Assembly (NCBI GenBank): GCA_000002435.2 | Contig: CM018790.1 | Reading direction: 5' to 3' (one strand) | Source of the DNA: Giardia intestinalis | Lineage: Eukaryota | Length of the DNA: 64,000 bases | Part shown: one piece after another, positions 10,082-19,093 of the stretch | How positions within the stretch are numbered: position 1 is the first letter of the stretch | How the letters are laid out: each line of letters begins with the position of its first letter | Notes under the pieces: model-generated | The model's input: the letters and a program-made list of their open reading frames with translations, nothing else | Told to the model about the DNA's origin: nothing | Databases searched by the model: none | Translations under genes and position numbers: made by a program

Positions 10082-10765
10082 ATGGATTACTGGCGCGTCT
10101 TTCCCTGGTTTTTGAGTTTTTATATGGAAAGACGACTGGAAGCGTTGGAGACAAAGATATCGGCCTTGGCACGGTTTGTGGGGGTTCCTGACGATTATGA
10201 CGTGCTGCACATTCTCGCAATAGCATATAAATGCGGCTTCACCCGGCCACTGGCTGTACGGACACCTGAAGACTACTATAACCAAGAGCTCAGCGCGCGT
10301 CCGACCATGCTTGGTTATTGTCGAAGTACAGCGAATCTATGCAAGAGTATAGTGTTAGAGAACACCAAGGCTCCACGGAACGCAGCCGATCCCCTGTTTT
10401 CTCGCTATTACCTTATAGTAGTTCAGTACATCCGTAAGTTCTCGAGCTCGAAGTTTCATAGTGCTATGCGTCGTCTTGCTAAGGAAAGCACCGATACGTA
10501 TCTAAAGTCACTGACAAAGAATGACTATACTTGGAGATTTTGTGAGGAAGACGAGGCTGTTGCTCTTACCGGCGCGCCCCACAATGGCATGGGGCCAATA
10601 GGTACATCTATGAACATTCCGCTTGTCCTAGATGCAAACATTCTGCAGACGGTAGATAACATGTGGGTTGGCGGAATGCATCCCCTTGTCAAGTTACGTG
10701 TCTGCTGCGCAGAGTTCAAGAATCTATTGATGCCCTTAGTGCTTGACTGTACAGATAGTCTTTGA
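10082..10765 (+). CDS. Hypothetical protein (227 aa)
   Basis: ATG-initiated ORF 8 nt after the upstream stop. No recognisable motif. Confidence 0.4.
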   Translation: MDYWRVFPWFLSFYMERRLEALETKISALARFVGVPDDYDVLHILAIAYKCGFTRPLAVRTPEDYYNQELSARPTMLGYCRSTANLCKSIVLENTKAPRNAADPLFSRYYLIVVQYIRKFSSSKFHSAMRRLAKESTDTYLKSLTKNDYTWRFCEEDEAVALTGAPHNGMGPIGTSMNIPLVLDANILQTVDNMWVGGMHPLVKLRVCCAEFKNLLMPLVLDCTDSL

Positions 10766-10786
10766 ATCTATTAGTGAGAGTGAATC

Positions 10787-13042
10787 ATGGACATCTCCCT
10801 TGATTACGAACTAAAAACAGGTTTTGCGGTTGAAACCGTAATGCGCACTCTACAATATCCAGAAGAGCGGATAAATTGGCTTGAGGAGCACAAAGCCATC
10901 AATAGTGAGTTGGGAGATGAGCTTCGCGCATTCGCAGCGGTTATCGGATTGGATGGACCAGCGCAAATGTACGGTTTTACGAACGACGCCCGCGTTCGTA
11001 GCGCGTCCATAACAAGCCCAATCCGCAGTGCATACGCAGAAATGCGGGAAAACAGTGGCAAAATTAAGGAGATAGTTTGCGAGAATAATGCAAAACGGCC
11101 ATCAAGTCCAAGCTTGGTAGTGACAGACCCATTGACAAATGCTCTTCAGATCGCGCTTGCACAAGCAAAAGTCAGAAGCGACCACGAAGTCTCCAAGTAC
11201 TCGCGGAGAATCCAGGCTCTTGATACAATGAGCGAAAACGTTATTGGAGCGACAATGCTTCCATTGTCCGTCGTTCCCGATGTTCTGATCGATGGCACAA
11301 TGTATACCGTTCCGATTAGTACAGAAGAGCCGTCCGTCGTGGCGGCCTTGGCCCACGCCGCTAAGATTTTCCGTATAGGTAAGGGAGTACGGACACTTGG
11401 GCCAATCAATCCATTCATCCTCGGCCAGCTTATTTTCATGCTGATCGATGGGCAGTGGAAGCACCCAATGAATCTGTCCGAACTCGAAAGCCTCCTATCA
11501 CGATCGCTGGCAACACACCTTCCCAATTCACGTAACTACGGCAAGGGAATCGTCTCTTGCTACCTACGAAAGCTCAATGACTACATATTATTAGAGATAG
11601 GGCTTGATCCCGGAGAAGCTATGGGTGCAAACATGATTAATGGATTCATGGAGGCAATAGCACCAGATGTAGAGCGCTATCTCACGAAGTTTGGTCATGT
11701 GGAGCGGTTGACATCCATTCTTTCTAACTCTGGAGCTGGACGGGAGTACGAAGCAATCGCAAAGATAACTGTGGAAGATTACGCCATGGCGAAGAATATC
11801 CCCATGAAGAAGGCCGAAGACATCCTGCGACGTATAGAGGCCCTCAGCCAGCTTGCAGAGATGGACACCAATAGAAGGATAACTCATAATAAGGGGGTGC
11901 TGAACGGTATCATTGGGGTTGCCCTCGCATGTGGACAAGACACACGTGCCATTGATGTTGCGAACTGCCAGCTCGGCCACACGAAGCCCTTGGTCACCCA
12001 CAGGTTCAACAGCAAGGAGTTGTTTCTTCGACTTACCGCAAGAATCTCGGCACCGGTCGGGGTCATAGGAGGATCATCCAAATTATTCTGGGGACTCTCC
12101 ATTCTTGGCCAGGCTCAGGAGAATCGAATTAGTAGCGGCTCCCTGGGTCGCATTTTGGCTGCCGTCGGGCTTCTGCAAAACTTTGCTGCTTTACAAGCTC
12201 TAGTGACAAATGGGATACAACACGGCCATATGAAGCTTCATAATAGGAAACTAGTGACACGAGAAACGCCAACGCCGGCATCAGCATCAAGCTCTATTTC
12301 AGCCTCATTGCAGGCCGTTAGCATAGAACCTAAAACTACTCCACCCAAGGTGACCACTCCATTCATGGACAGTCAAGATAGAGATAAAAACAAATTGAAT
12401 ACAGCGCTGAATGAGTCCCTCAAGAGGATAGAGGACATTATTTCTCACATCAACTACACGCCAGAAGAGCCTAACTACGAAGCCAAGATGATGTTAACTA
12501 ATGGGGAATCAGATCTGTACAGGTACTTTTCTCCCGCTAAGCTGAGCCCTGTGAGGAACCTCCAGCAACCGTCATTGCGAATGCAAAGTCCGAAACGGCA
12601 ATCGTATGCATTAGAAAAGTTAGCCTCCCAGACACTGTTAGATAGGGTGCGCACCCGGTCCCCAATCCTTTCTCAATCTATCAGCTCTGACAGCCCATTT
12701 GGCGCCGCTAGCACTCATCAACCTACAGTTCTCTCAACACTAGCAAAAGGATTAGGTCAGTCTGCGTCCACTTATAACGGTGGCCAATCTGCAGACTTGT
12801 TCGGTTCAGGACACGGTAAGCCGGCGTCTTCATCTACACTCACCAGGCAGATGTCCTACAGCCCAAACAGACTCAATAGCTTTAGTGTAGTCAGTGACCG
12901 CACAACGTCGCCGGTAAAGAGCCTGGAGATGGAGCACTGGGAAGGGAACTCCGGGGCGAGAAATGAACTTAGCACCAGCAAGAGGCCCTACAATATAGTC
13001 TCTCCGAGTAATTTAAAGCATAATTCTTGGAGAAACTCTTAG
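10787..13042 (+). CDS. HMGR: HMG-CoA reductase (soluble catalytic core) with a ~270-aa Ser/Thr-rich low-complexity C-terminal extension
   Basis: Catalytic motifs present: ENVIG (MSENVIGATMLPL), DAMGMNM-type (EAMGANMINGF), the HNKG...GQD region (HNKGVLNGIIGVALACGQDTRAIDVANC), a GTVGG-type loop (SAPVGVIGGSS) and the C-terminal NGIQHGHMKLHNRK (compare LAAGHLVKSHMIHNR). There is no N-terminal transmembrane domain. Confidence 0.85.
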   Translation: MDISLDYELKTGFAVETVMRTLQYPEERINWLEEHKAINSELGDELRAFAAVIGLDGPAQMYGFTNDARVRSASITSPIRSAYAEMRENSGKIKEIVCENNAKRPSSPSLVVTDPLTNALQIALAQAKVRSDHEVSKYSRRIQALDTMSENVIGATMLPLSVVPDVLIDGTMYTVPISTEEPSVVAALAHAAKIFRIGKGVRTLGPINPFILGQLIFMLIDGQWKHPMNLSELESLLSRSLATHLPNSRNYGKGIVSCYLRKLNDYILLEIGLDPGEAMGANMINGFMEAIAPDVERYLTKFGHVERLTSILSNSGAGREYEAIAKITVEDYAMAKNIPMKKAEDILRRIEALSQLAEMDTNRRITHNKGVLNGIIGVALACGQDTRAIDVANCQLGHTKPLVTHRFNSKELFLRLTARISAPVGVIGGSSKLFWGLSILGQAQENRISSGSLGRILAAVGLLQNFAALQALVTNGIQHGHMKLHNRKLVTRETPTPASASSSISASLQAVSIEPKTTPPKVTTPFMDSQDRDKNKLNTALNESLKRIEDIISHINYTPEEPNYEAKMMLTNGESDLYRYFSPAKLSPVRNLQQPSLRMQSPKRQSYALEKLASQTLLDRVRTRSPILSQSISSDSPFGAASTHQPTVLSTLAKGLGQSASTYNGGQSADLFGSGHGKPASSSTLTRQMSYSPNRLNSFSVVSDRTTSPVKSLEMEHWEGNSGARNELSTSKRPYNIVSPSNLKHNSWRNS

Positions 13043-13642
13043 CTAAATTAGTTAGTCAGTCTTGTATCTACAATTTGTTGACAGGCAGGACCTTGATACA
13101 ACATTTTGTAAATGGTATGTCTGTCCTTAGCTCCTTAGGGATTTCTGAAATCTAAAAAAATTTGGTGGGCAAAATTTTCAATCATCCGTGGCATCCCTGA
13201 AGATCATTATGAAAACACTACAACATAATCTACGACATATGTGAACACACTGATAGATGGTCTGTTTCTTGGGCAGTATAACGCCCTGCACAATCTCAGA
13301 CTTACCCTACTTCCAGGTCTGGGCTAATTCTGACATCAGTTTTGGCTTGTAGCTGGTACTTTGATGACTTCTGGGGAAGCACTGCATATGGTTCACAGAC
13401 ACTCACAGGCGGTGTAAACAAGTATGTGATTAAAATGGATCCACTACAAGCGCTTACCAGGGAAGCCTTTAGGTGAGCAGCTGCACTAGAAAAGCTACAC
13501 TAGAAAATTTTTGGTTCACTTTAGTTCCTAGTTCCCGGAGAGGTTGCGAAGGGTGCAAATAAGGGCATGTACTAATGAATTCCCGCAGCCATAGTTACGA
13601 AGTTCCTAGCACCGAAACTCACGGACAGAGAGTGCCAACTGG

Positions 13643-14581
13643 ATGAGCGCATGCAAGAAGTCTGGGAAGCCCCGCTGTTCGGCCATCAAAGAGCAATCTG
13701 CCCCGCGATCTAAGATACGGTCCAAATCATCGTCTAAGCTGCCAGCTAAGCCGGCGAGAGATACGATTAAGAAGTCGCCAAAAGCAAAAGCGCTCTCGGT
13801 GGCGCAGCCCACAGGTCGGAAGTGGACTCTGCAGGAGGAAATACGTCTCTTAGCACTCTTCATCGCGGTTGGACCCGATTGGTTCAAAATTTCTGAGCAC
13901 CTTGACAATCGTCAACCAAGCACGATAAAGTGCAAGTTAAACAATATGCTCAGGTATGCGTTGATGGGGGCGAGTGATCGTATCGATGACGTGGGAAGAT
14001 TCACAAAGCATATAGCAAACGAAATTAAGTCCAAAAACTACACCCTTCTTCAGTACCATTCGCAGCACCTTTCCAAGCTACCCTTAGAAAAAATAGAGCC
14101 CTTTCTTCGTAGAGAGCTCAATATCATATTGCCTCAGTTAGAGTCGCAGGCAAAAAGAGAGCATGTTGATAGTTGTATACTAACAAATAAGAGCGAACAG
14201 AAGACTACGTATCTTCAACCTTTACCTTTTTCAGCGCCGCAGCAGCTCCAGCCGATGCTGGTAAGTGACTATAGCGATGCTCCAACGCCCCAGCCTCCCT
14301 ACTCTTCCTGGTTTAATAACGTATTCCCATATCCTTCTTCTTGCTCCGATTCTCTTGTGCAGTGGAAGCCTCTTCCCTGCGATTCAAGAGGCTCGTGTCA
14401 GCTCTCCCTATCAGAGAGCTCATTCAGGCTCTTCCCACCGGGCCTGGAGGCACCACCTCTACTTCATCCGATAGCCTCATCCAGCAATGCCCACAGCACG
14501 CCAGTGTCTGCCTTGCCCTCACTAGATCCCCCCTATAATAACGAAATCTGCGGGTACTCACTTAGGGTCCCGATTAATTAA
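13643..14581 (+). CDS. Myb/SANT-domain protein (single repeat), basic N-terminus
   Basis: RKWTLQEEIRLLALFIAVGPDWFKISEHLDNRQPSTIKCKLNNMLRY fits the Myb/SANT consensus (W..EE..L......G..W..I......R....C). Lys/Arg/Ser-rich N-terminal tail and Pro/Ser-rich C-terminus. The start is not preceded by AT-rich sequence, so the exact 5' end is uncertain. Confidence 0.55.
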   Translation: MSACKKSGKPRCSAIKEQSAPRSKIRSKSSSKLPAKPARDTIKKSPKAKALSVAQPTGRKWTLQEEIRLLALFIAVGPDWFKISEHLDNRQPSTIKCKLNNMLRYALMGASDRIDDVGRFTKHIANEIKSKNYTLLQYHSQHLSKLPLEKIEPFLRRELNIILPQLESQAKREHVDSCILTNKSEQKTTYLQPLPFSAPQQLQPMLVSDYSDAPTPQPPYSSWFNNVFPYPSSCSDSLVQWKPLPCDSRGSCQLSLSESSFRLFPPGLEAPPLLHPIASSSNAHSTPVSALPSLDPPYNNEICGYSLRVPIN

Positions 14582-14720
14582 GAGTCCTCAGCCTGTCAGA
14601 CATGCAGTATCCATTTGCTCGTCCTTGTTTATTTGTCCTCCTTTCCCAAATTGTACCTTTTCAGTCCATTTTTTTGGCCGCTTAACATAATTTCCTTCTT
14701 CTGCGAGCCGCTGTGTCGCA

Positions 14721-15116
14721 ATGGACAATGTCCCGGATCGGTACAAAACACTCATACCAGACCGCCGGAGCGCAGAGCTCTTGGAGGTGTACAAAGTCGG
14801 CACTGCGAACGCTCTGGAGTTCCAGATACCTTACCAGGACTATACCATCGGTCACATTCTTCGCAAGGAGCTCCTTTCCATGCCTCAAGTGACGTTCGCA
14901 GGGATGAAGACACCCCATCCGTTGGAGTCCAAGATCGTCATCCGTCTTCAGACGAACCCGTCGGGGTTTCTGTCTGACACAATCCAGGCCACGCCCGAGA
15001 ACTGCTTCCAGAGCGCCCTTACAAAGATAACAGAGTCTATGGAGCTGATAAAGAAAACCTTTATGGCTGCTGTGGACGACTATAGTATCATGCACACCCA
15101 CCCAGGGTCCATCTAA
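14721..15116 (+). CDS. DNA-directed RNA polymerase small subunit, RPB11/AC19 (RpoL) family
   Basis: 131 aa. MDNVPDRYKTLI ... DYTIGHILRKELLSMPQVTFAGMKTPHPLESKIVIRLQT matches the Rpb11/Rpc19 dimerisation fold (PDRFELF... DHTLGNLIRAELL ... YKVEHPF ... RIQT). Confidence 0.65.
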   Translation: MDNVPDRYKTLIPDRRSAELLEVYKVGTANALEFQIPYQDYTIGHILRKELLSMPQVTFAGMKTPHPLESKIVIRLQTNPSGFLSDTIQATPENCFQSALTKITESMELIKKTFMAAVDDYSIMHTHPGSI

Positions 15117-15228
15117 AACACGGCCCCCACCCCACACGCCCAGTCACCAGAAGCCCAACGCTCAAAGCTCAAAGCTCAACGATCAGTGGGGGCGAAAAGA
15201 AAGTAAAAGAGGCTTTATACATTTACGC

Positions 15229-16764
15229 TCAAGGTTGGTTTGATTCACCCTTCAGGATTTTATACCTGGTGTGAACCTCCTTGATAATCCTGTCTATGTC
15301 TAGAAGAAAGCGGTATTTATTGAGCATGTTGGTCATAGGTACAGAGTGATTAGTATATAAAAGTTTCAGAAGAGAGTCATAGGTGCATGCCCCGTGCATA
15401 GCAACGCCCTTGTAGTAAGTTTTAAAAGACAACTGAATGTCCGAATACCATGTGTCCAGCTTCTTCAGTGTTTCCTTCTGCTTGACTAGGTCGATGCACT
15501 CTCCGGTGCTTTGCTTGAAAATATAAGTTGAGGGATCACAGCCTCTGTTCCCAGCGAAGATGCAGGATTTTCTGAAGCCCAAGATGATGGTGATATCGTC
15601 TGCATATAGGTCTTCCTCTGCGACCTTCTTCATAATGATGTGACTGAGTTCGGACGCGATTAGACAAGGGTTTATGTTATCTATGTTGCCCGTTTCCACA
15701 TAGCTGGACACGTTACGCTGAATAACTGCATGAACTTCTTCGTTGCTAAGGACTGCCCACACTCCATCGGAGCCCAGAATTACATAGTCGACAGGGTCAC
15801 ACATGCTGTTTCCAATCGTCCCTGTTCGCAGGTCATAGAATACAGAGGGGTTCTTCAGTGGCCGGGGGTTGCTGTCATTGGAATGAGGTACACTGCGGGC
15901 AGAGGTCATAGCCAGCTCTGCTGATACGCTCCCCGCAGAGAGCGTGTCCCTGAGGTCGTCATCAGACATCACTATCTTCTTCCGAAAAATGTCCGGGTTA
16001 GCTACCATTGCCTTCCCCTTGCTAAATGTGTTTCCCAACGTCCTAGTGAGCATAAAGCTCCACCAGTGCAGACATGTCTCCGGGAAAAGCCGATTCTGTG
16101 ATATGGTTGCCCCTGCCATTCGGCACCTACTGATCTCTCGGGCGTTGTGGGAGGCACAGTGGTCTATTGACATGGGCTCCACCACCCCGACTGCAGCTGA
16201 CCCTTCAAAGTAGAGGGGCTCTATTCCCCGCATTGCATTGAGTTTGCTTACCTTCACCGTTCCCTTCTCCTGCTCACACTTCTTGACCGTCTCGGATATC
16301 TGGCCGGGGGTGTTCAGCATCGATTGGTAGATATTTAGACTTCCCACACAGGCACGTGAATCGCCCGTATTGATGAAGTAAAGGTCGTTGTTGAGCTCTA
16401 GGCACATGATTACTGTGCTTCCGGACCTAGACGAGTTACCCGGCGGGTCATAGTCCGCATATCGTGCGTCTGCGTTGAGCATGGCGTTGCAGAGAGTGGT
16501 AGCGATGATGACTGACTGGTTTGCATTGAGAGGGGCTTGCTTCAAGGCAGTAGAGACAGCCTTTGCAAGCATGGTAGGCAGGTACTCAGACCCGTACATA
16601 GATGCAAAGTCTGCCAGGCCGTGCCCGTCATAAACGCCAACCACAGTAAAAAACCGCTCCGAATCCTTGAAAAAATCGAGTGAGCGGCAGTCCTGGCCCT
16701 TTGAATTATGGAAGATGGACGATCCCCAGAAGAACGCCGAGTTCTGTGCAGAGAAAAAGGCCAT
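15229..16764 (-). CDS. Protein phosphatase 2C (PPM family)
   Basis: PP2C motif 1 (FFTVVGVYDGHGLADFAS) and the C-terminal metal-binding motif (ILGSDGVWAVLSNEEV). The track start is TTG, so the start is moved to ATG at 16762-16764 (MAFFSAQ...) with AT-rich sequence upstream. Confidence 0.8.
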   Translation of the reverse strand: MAFFSAQNSAFFWGSSIFHNSKGQDCRSLDFFKDSERFFTVVGVYDGHGLADFASMYGSEYLPTMLAKAVSTALKQAPLNANQSVIIATTLCNAMLNADARYADYDPPGNSSRSGSTVIMCLELNNDLYFINTGDSRACVGSLNIYQSMLNTPGQISETVKKCEQEKGTVKVSKLNAMRGIEPLYFEGSAAVGVVEPMSIDHCASHNAREISRCRMAGATISQNRLFPETCLHWWSFMLTRTLGNTFSKGKAMVANPDIFRKKIVMSDDDLRDTLSAGSVSAELAMTSARSVPHSNDSNPRPLKNPSVFYDLRTGTIGNSMCDPVDYVILGSDGVWAVLSNEEVHAVIQRNVSSYVETGNIDNINPCLIASELSHIIMKKVAEEDLYADDITIILGFRKSCIFAGNRGCDPSTYIFKQSTGECIDLVKQKETLKKLDTWYSDIQLSFKTYYKGVAMHGACTYDSLLKLLYTNHSVPMTNMLNKYRFLLDIDRIIKEVHTRYKILKGESNQP

Positions 16765-16887
16765 TTTACGCTCAGACAAAATCTAATTACGTCTGCAGTT
16801 TTTTTAATGGACTGGAAGTTAAAGGGGAAGGTGGTGACGGGACGTTTACACAGCTTTTAGACAATCTTCTTGAAAATTCCCAACAAA

Positions 16888-18177
16888 CTACTGTAACTCC
16901 TTCTTCACTGTGAAGCTTTCTATCATGGTGGTGTCGACTTTATCTCTTCTTTCCGCATGCTCCTTAATAAGTCCCTGCAGAATGCCTATGAGTGTCGCTT
17001 TGACTTCCCCTGTCAAAAGCTTGCCTGCTTTATAGTCTGCCTTCAATTTTTCCAACTCTGCATCGTCTTTCATGAAGACTTCAAGGTATCGAACACTCAC
17101 GTCCACACTAAGGTCTGCCCCGAAGGCACGGTGTTCCTCTTCTGTGTCCCTGCCGCCTGAAAATGCGTACCTATTGATCTTATTTTTGATCTGTGCGGGG
17201 GTGTCCGTCAAATAGATAGCACTATTTGGGTCCGAGGCGCTCATCTTAGTGCCACTTCCCTGGAGACCAGGCAAGAACTTCCCTAGCAAGTACGCATTTT
17301 TAGGGTGCCCCATACGCGGGGCCAGGTCGCGAGCCAATCGAAAGTAAGGGTCCTGCTCGATACCGGAGGCGATAAGGCACATGGCCTTCTGGTACCTTTT
17401 GCTGTCAGGGAACAGTTCTTCAACAACATGCACAGGAGAAAGGACAGCGTCCTTTTTGGGTGTCTTCTTGGATGCCTTTTTGGTGCTCACTGCATCTGCT
17501 GCATCCTCGTTACCAGTGCCGACAGGGAGGGGTACTCTCGTAAAAGGAAGGCCATCAAAGTAGGTGCTGTATACAGGTAGCATCTGTTTCGGGGGGAACG
17601 CTGCATATCCTACGTTTGCGTCGTTACTGAAGCCAAAGGAGGCACGCAGCTGACTGATAGGGAGCATGCGGTCGACGAGGCAAGAGAATCTATACCTGTT
17701 TTTGAGGCTCAAGTACTGCGAATTGATAAAAATAAACGTCTTATCCGGATCAAAGCCGCATGCAATAATGTCCTTGATGTTTTCCCTGGTATAGCTATCT
17801 ACCTCTGCATAAGAAAGGCTTCTATTTCTGAGGAACTTTTCGTCGTCCGTGATCTGTATAACTACGTAACACTTGAATGCATCCTGGAGGTACTTGGTGA
17901 AAATGAAGGGTAGAAGGTGTCCAAGGTGCAGAGCCCCCGATGAAGGGCCGCGACCCGTATATATGTAAATGGGATGTCCCTTTTCGTAGTAGCTGAGGAA
18001 CTCTTCAAAGTCCCTGTGGGCGTAGAACAAACCACGACGGAGCATGGGATGAGCCTTGGTGCCCGTGACAGTCTCGAACCTCTTCAGAAGATCATCCGTA
18101 ATTGGCGCAGCGCCAAATCTAGTGATAATATCCTCATAAGCAACCGCTGCTGCCTCAGCCGTGGCGTCCGTCTCCAT
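16888..18177 (-). CDS. WARS: Tryptophanyl-tRNA synthetase, cytoplasmic type
   Basis: Near-collinear with eukaryotic TrpRS: YTGRGPSSGALHLGHLLPFIFTKYLQD (HIGH-type), CLIASGIEQDPYFRLARDLAPRMGHPK, KMSASDPNSAIYLTDTPAQIKNKINRYAFSGGRDTEEEHRAFGAD. ATG at 18175-18177. Confidence 0.95.
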   Translation of the reverse strand: METDATAEAAAVAYEDIITRFGAAPITDDLLKRFETVTGTKAHPMLRRGLFYAHRDFEEFLSYYEKGHPIYIYTGRGPSSGALHLGHLLPFIFTKYLQDAFKCYVVIQITDDEKFLRNRSLSYAEVDSYTRENIKDIIACGFDPDKTFIFINSQYLSLKNRYRFSCLVDRMLPISQLRASFGFSNDANVGYAAFPPKQMLPVYSTYFDGLPFTRVPLPVGTGNEDAADAVSTKKASKKTPKKDAVLSPVHVVEELFPDSKRYQKAMCLIASGIEQDPYFRLARDLAPRMGHPKNAYLLGKFLPGLQGSGTKMSASDPNSAIYLTDTPAQIKNKINRYAFSGGRDTEEEHRAFGADLSVDVSVRYLEVFMKDDAELEKLKADYKAGKLLTGEVKATLIGILQGLIKEHAERRDKVDTTMIESFTVKKELQ

Positions 18178-18242
18178 CTCTGCAAGGCAGGGAAAAATTA
18201 AAAAAAACTCCCCAACATTTTTTGGTTCTTAGACCCTCCATC
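18178..18242. promoter_or_regulatory. 65-bp bidirectional promoter spacer with central A-tract (ggaaaaattaaaaaaaac) between TrpRS (-) and the 259-aa gene (+)
   Basis: Divergent ATGs at 18177 (-) and 18243 (+). The A/T tract is centred between them. Confidence 0.45.
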
Positions 18243-19001
18243 ATGCTCACCGTGCCACTGACGTTTCCCCTTGACTATCTCTACCCGGGAGAGACGTCAC
18301 ACAATGCTGCATCAGTAACCAAGCTCATGCATCGGCTGATGCAGCTGGCAAATACCCCCATTACAGAGGAAAACAAAACGTTTCTTCTAGAATGCGCTAA
18401 GGACATGCAGGCACACAGCGTAGCATATAGAGTAGCACCTCACATAGAATACCTCAACTTCCTAACGCGGCACGTCCCCAAGACCTCAGAGCAGACAGAG
18501 ATCTTGGAGATTTTCTCTTCTTTATACTTGGCTCAAAGGCGCATTGGGGACCACATAAATATTCCGCAGCACTTTCACAAGGAAGACCCCGCCCTGTCTC
18601 AGGCTACGAAGGATGCGATATCTAACTTGTGTAAGACAGCTGATGGCCTCGCGATAATGCTTGCTAAGACACCGGAGATGCAGCAAAGGATTGCTGACCT
18701 GGAGAGGCTTGGGAAAAACACCTGCAAGGAGAGCATACTGGCGGAGATGGAGTGTCAAAAGGCAATCCTGGAGTCTGTTGCACAAGCGAAAGCAGCCTTG
18801 AACGAGGCCTTCGAAAGCCTTCGTGCCGAGTACCGAACAAAAAAAGATGAGCTAATGGTTGCGTATAAAGAGAAGCTTGACAATGTGGTCAGCGGACAGC
18901 GGGCCTTGTTTATGGATGCTCAGGATGTCCAGGACACCGCAGAGTCTGAGAACAATGAAACAGATGAGTGTGGAGCTGAAGATCCTTCTGTGGATGCATA
19001 G
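18243..19001 (+). CDS. Hypothetical coiled-coil protein with acidic C-terminus
   Basis: The track start at 18222 is TTG; the first ATG is 18243 (MLTVPLTFP...). C-terminal coiled coil (AEMECQKAILESVAQAKAALNEAFESLRAEYRTKKDELMVAYKEKL). Divergent from the TrpRS gene across a 65-bp AT-rich spacer. Confidence 0.5.
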   Translation: MLTVPLTFPLDYLYPGETSHNAASVTKLMHRLMQLANTPITEENKTFLLECAKDMQAHSVAYRVAPHIEYLNFLTRHVPKTSEQTEILEIFSSLYLAQRRIGDHINIPQHFHKEDPALSQATKDAISNLCKTADGLAIMLAKTPEMQQRIADLERLGKNTCKESILAEMECQKAILESVAQAKAALNEAFESLRAEYRTKKDELMVAYKEKLDNVVSGQRALFMDAQDVQDTAESENNETDECGAEDPSVDA

Positions 19002-19093
19002 GTGTAACAGATATAAAAGATGTAAATTACTTTCCTTTAATCTTTCCTTTAATCTAAACCTTAATCTGAGGCTTATCTGAGGCCTGGAAAAAA

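Noticed and set aside
13043-13642. Possible tRNA or intron in the long spacer
   Set aside because: No GGTTCGANTCC-like T-loop with matching acceptor or T-stem complementarity. The only GTATGT is not paired with a CTRACACACAG branch/acceptor motif and does not interrupt an ORF.
14682-15137. 151-aa minus-strand ORF overlapping the whole RPB11-like gene
   Set aside because: No recognisable features. The plus-strand ORF has a clear RNA polymerase subunit signature.
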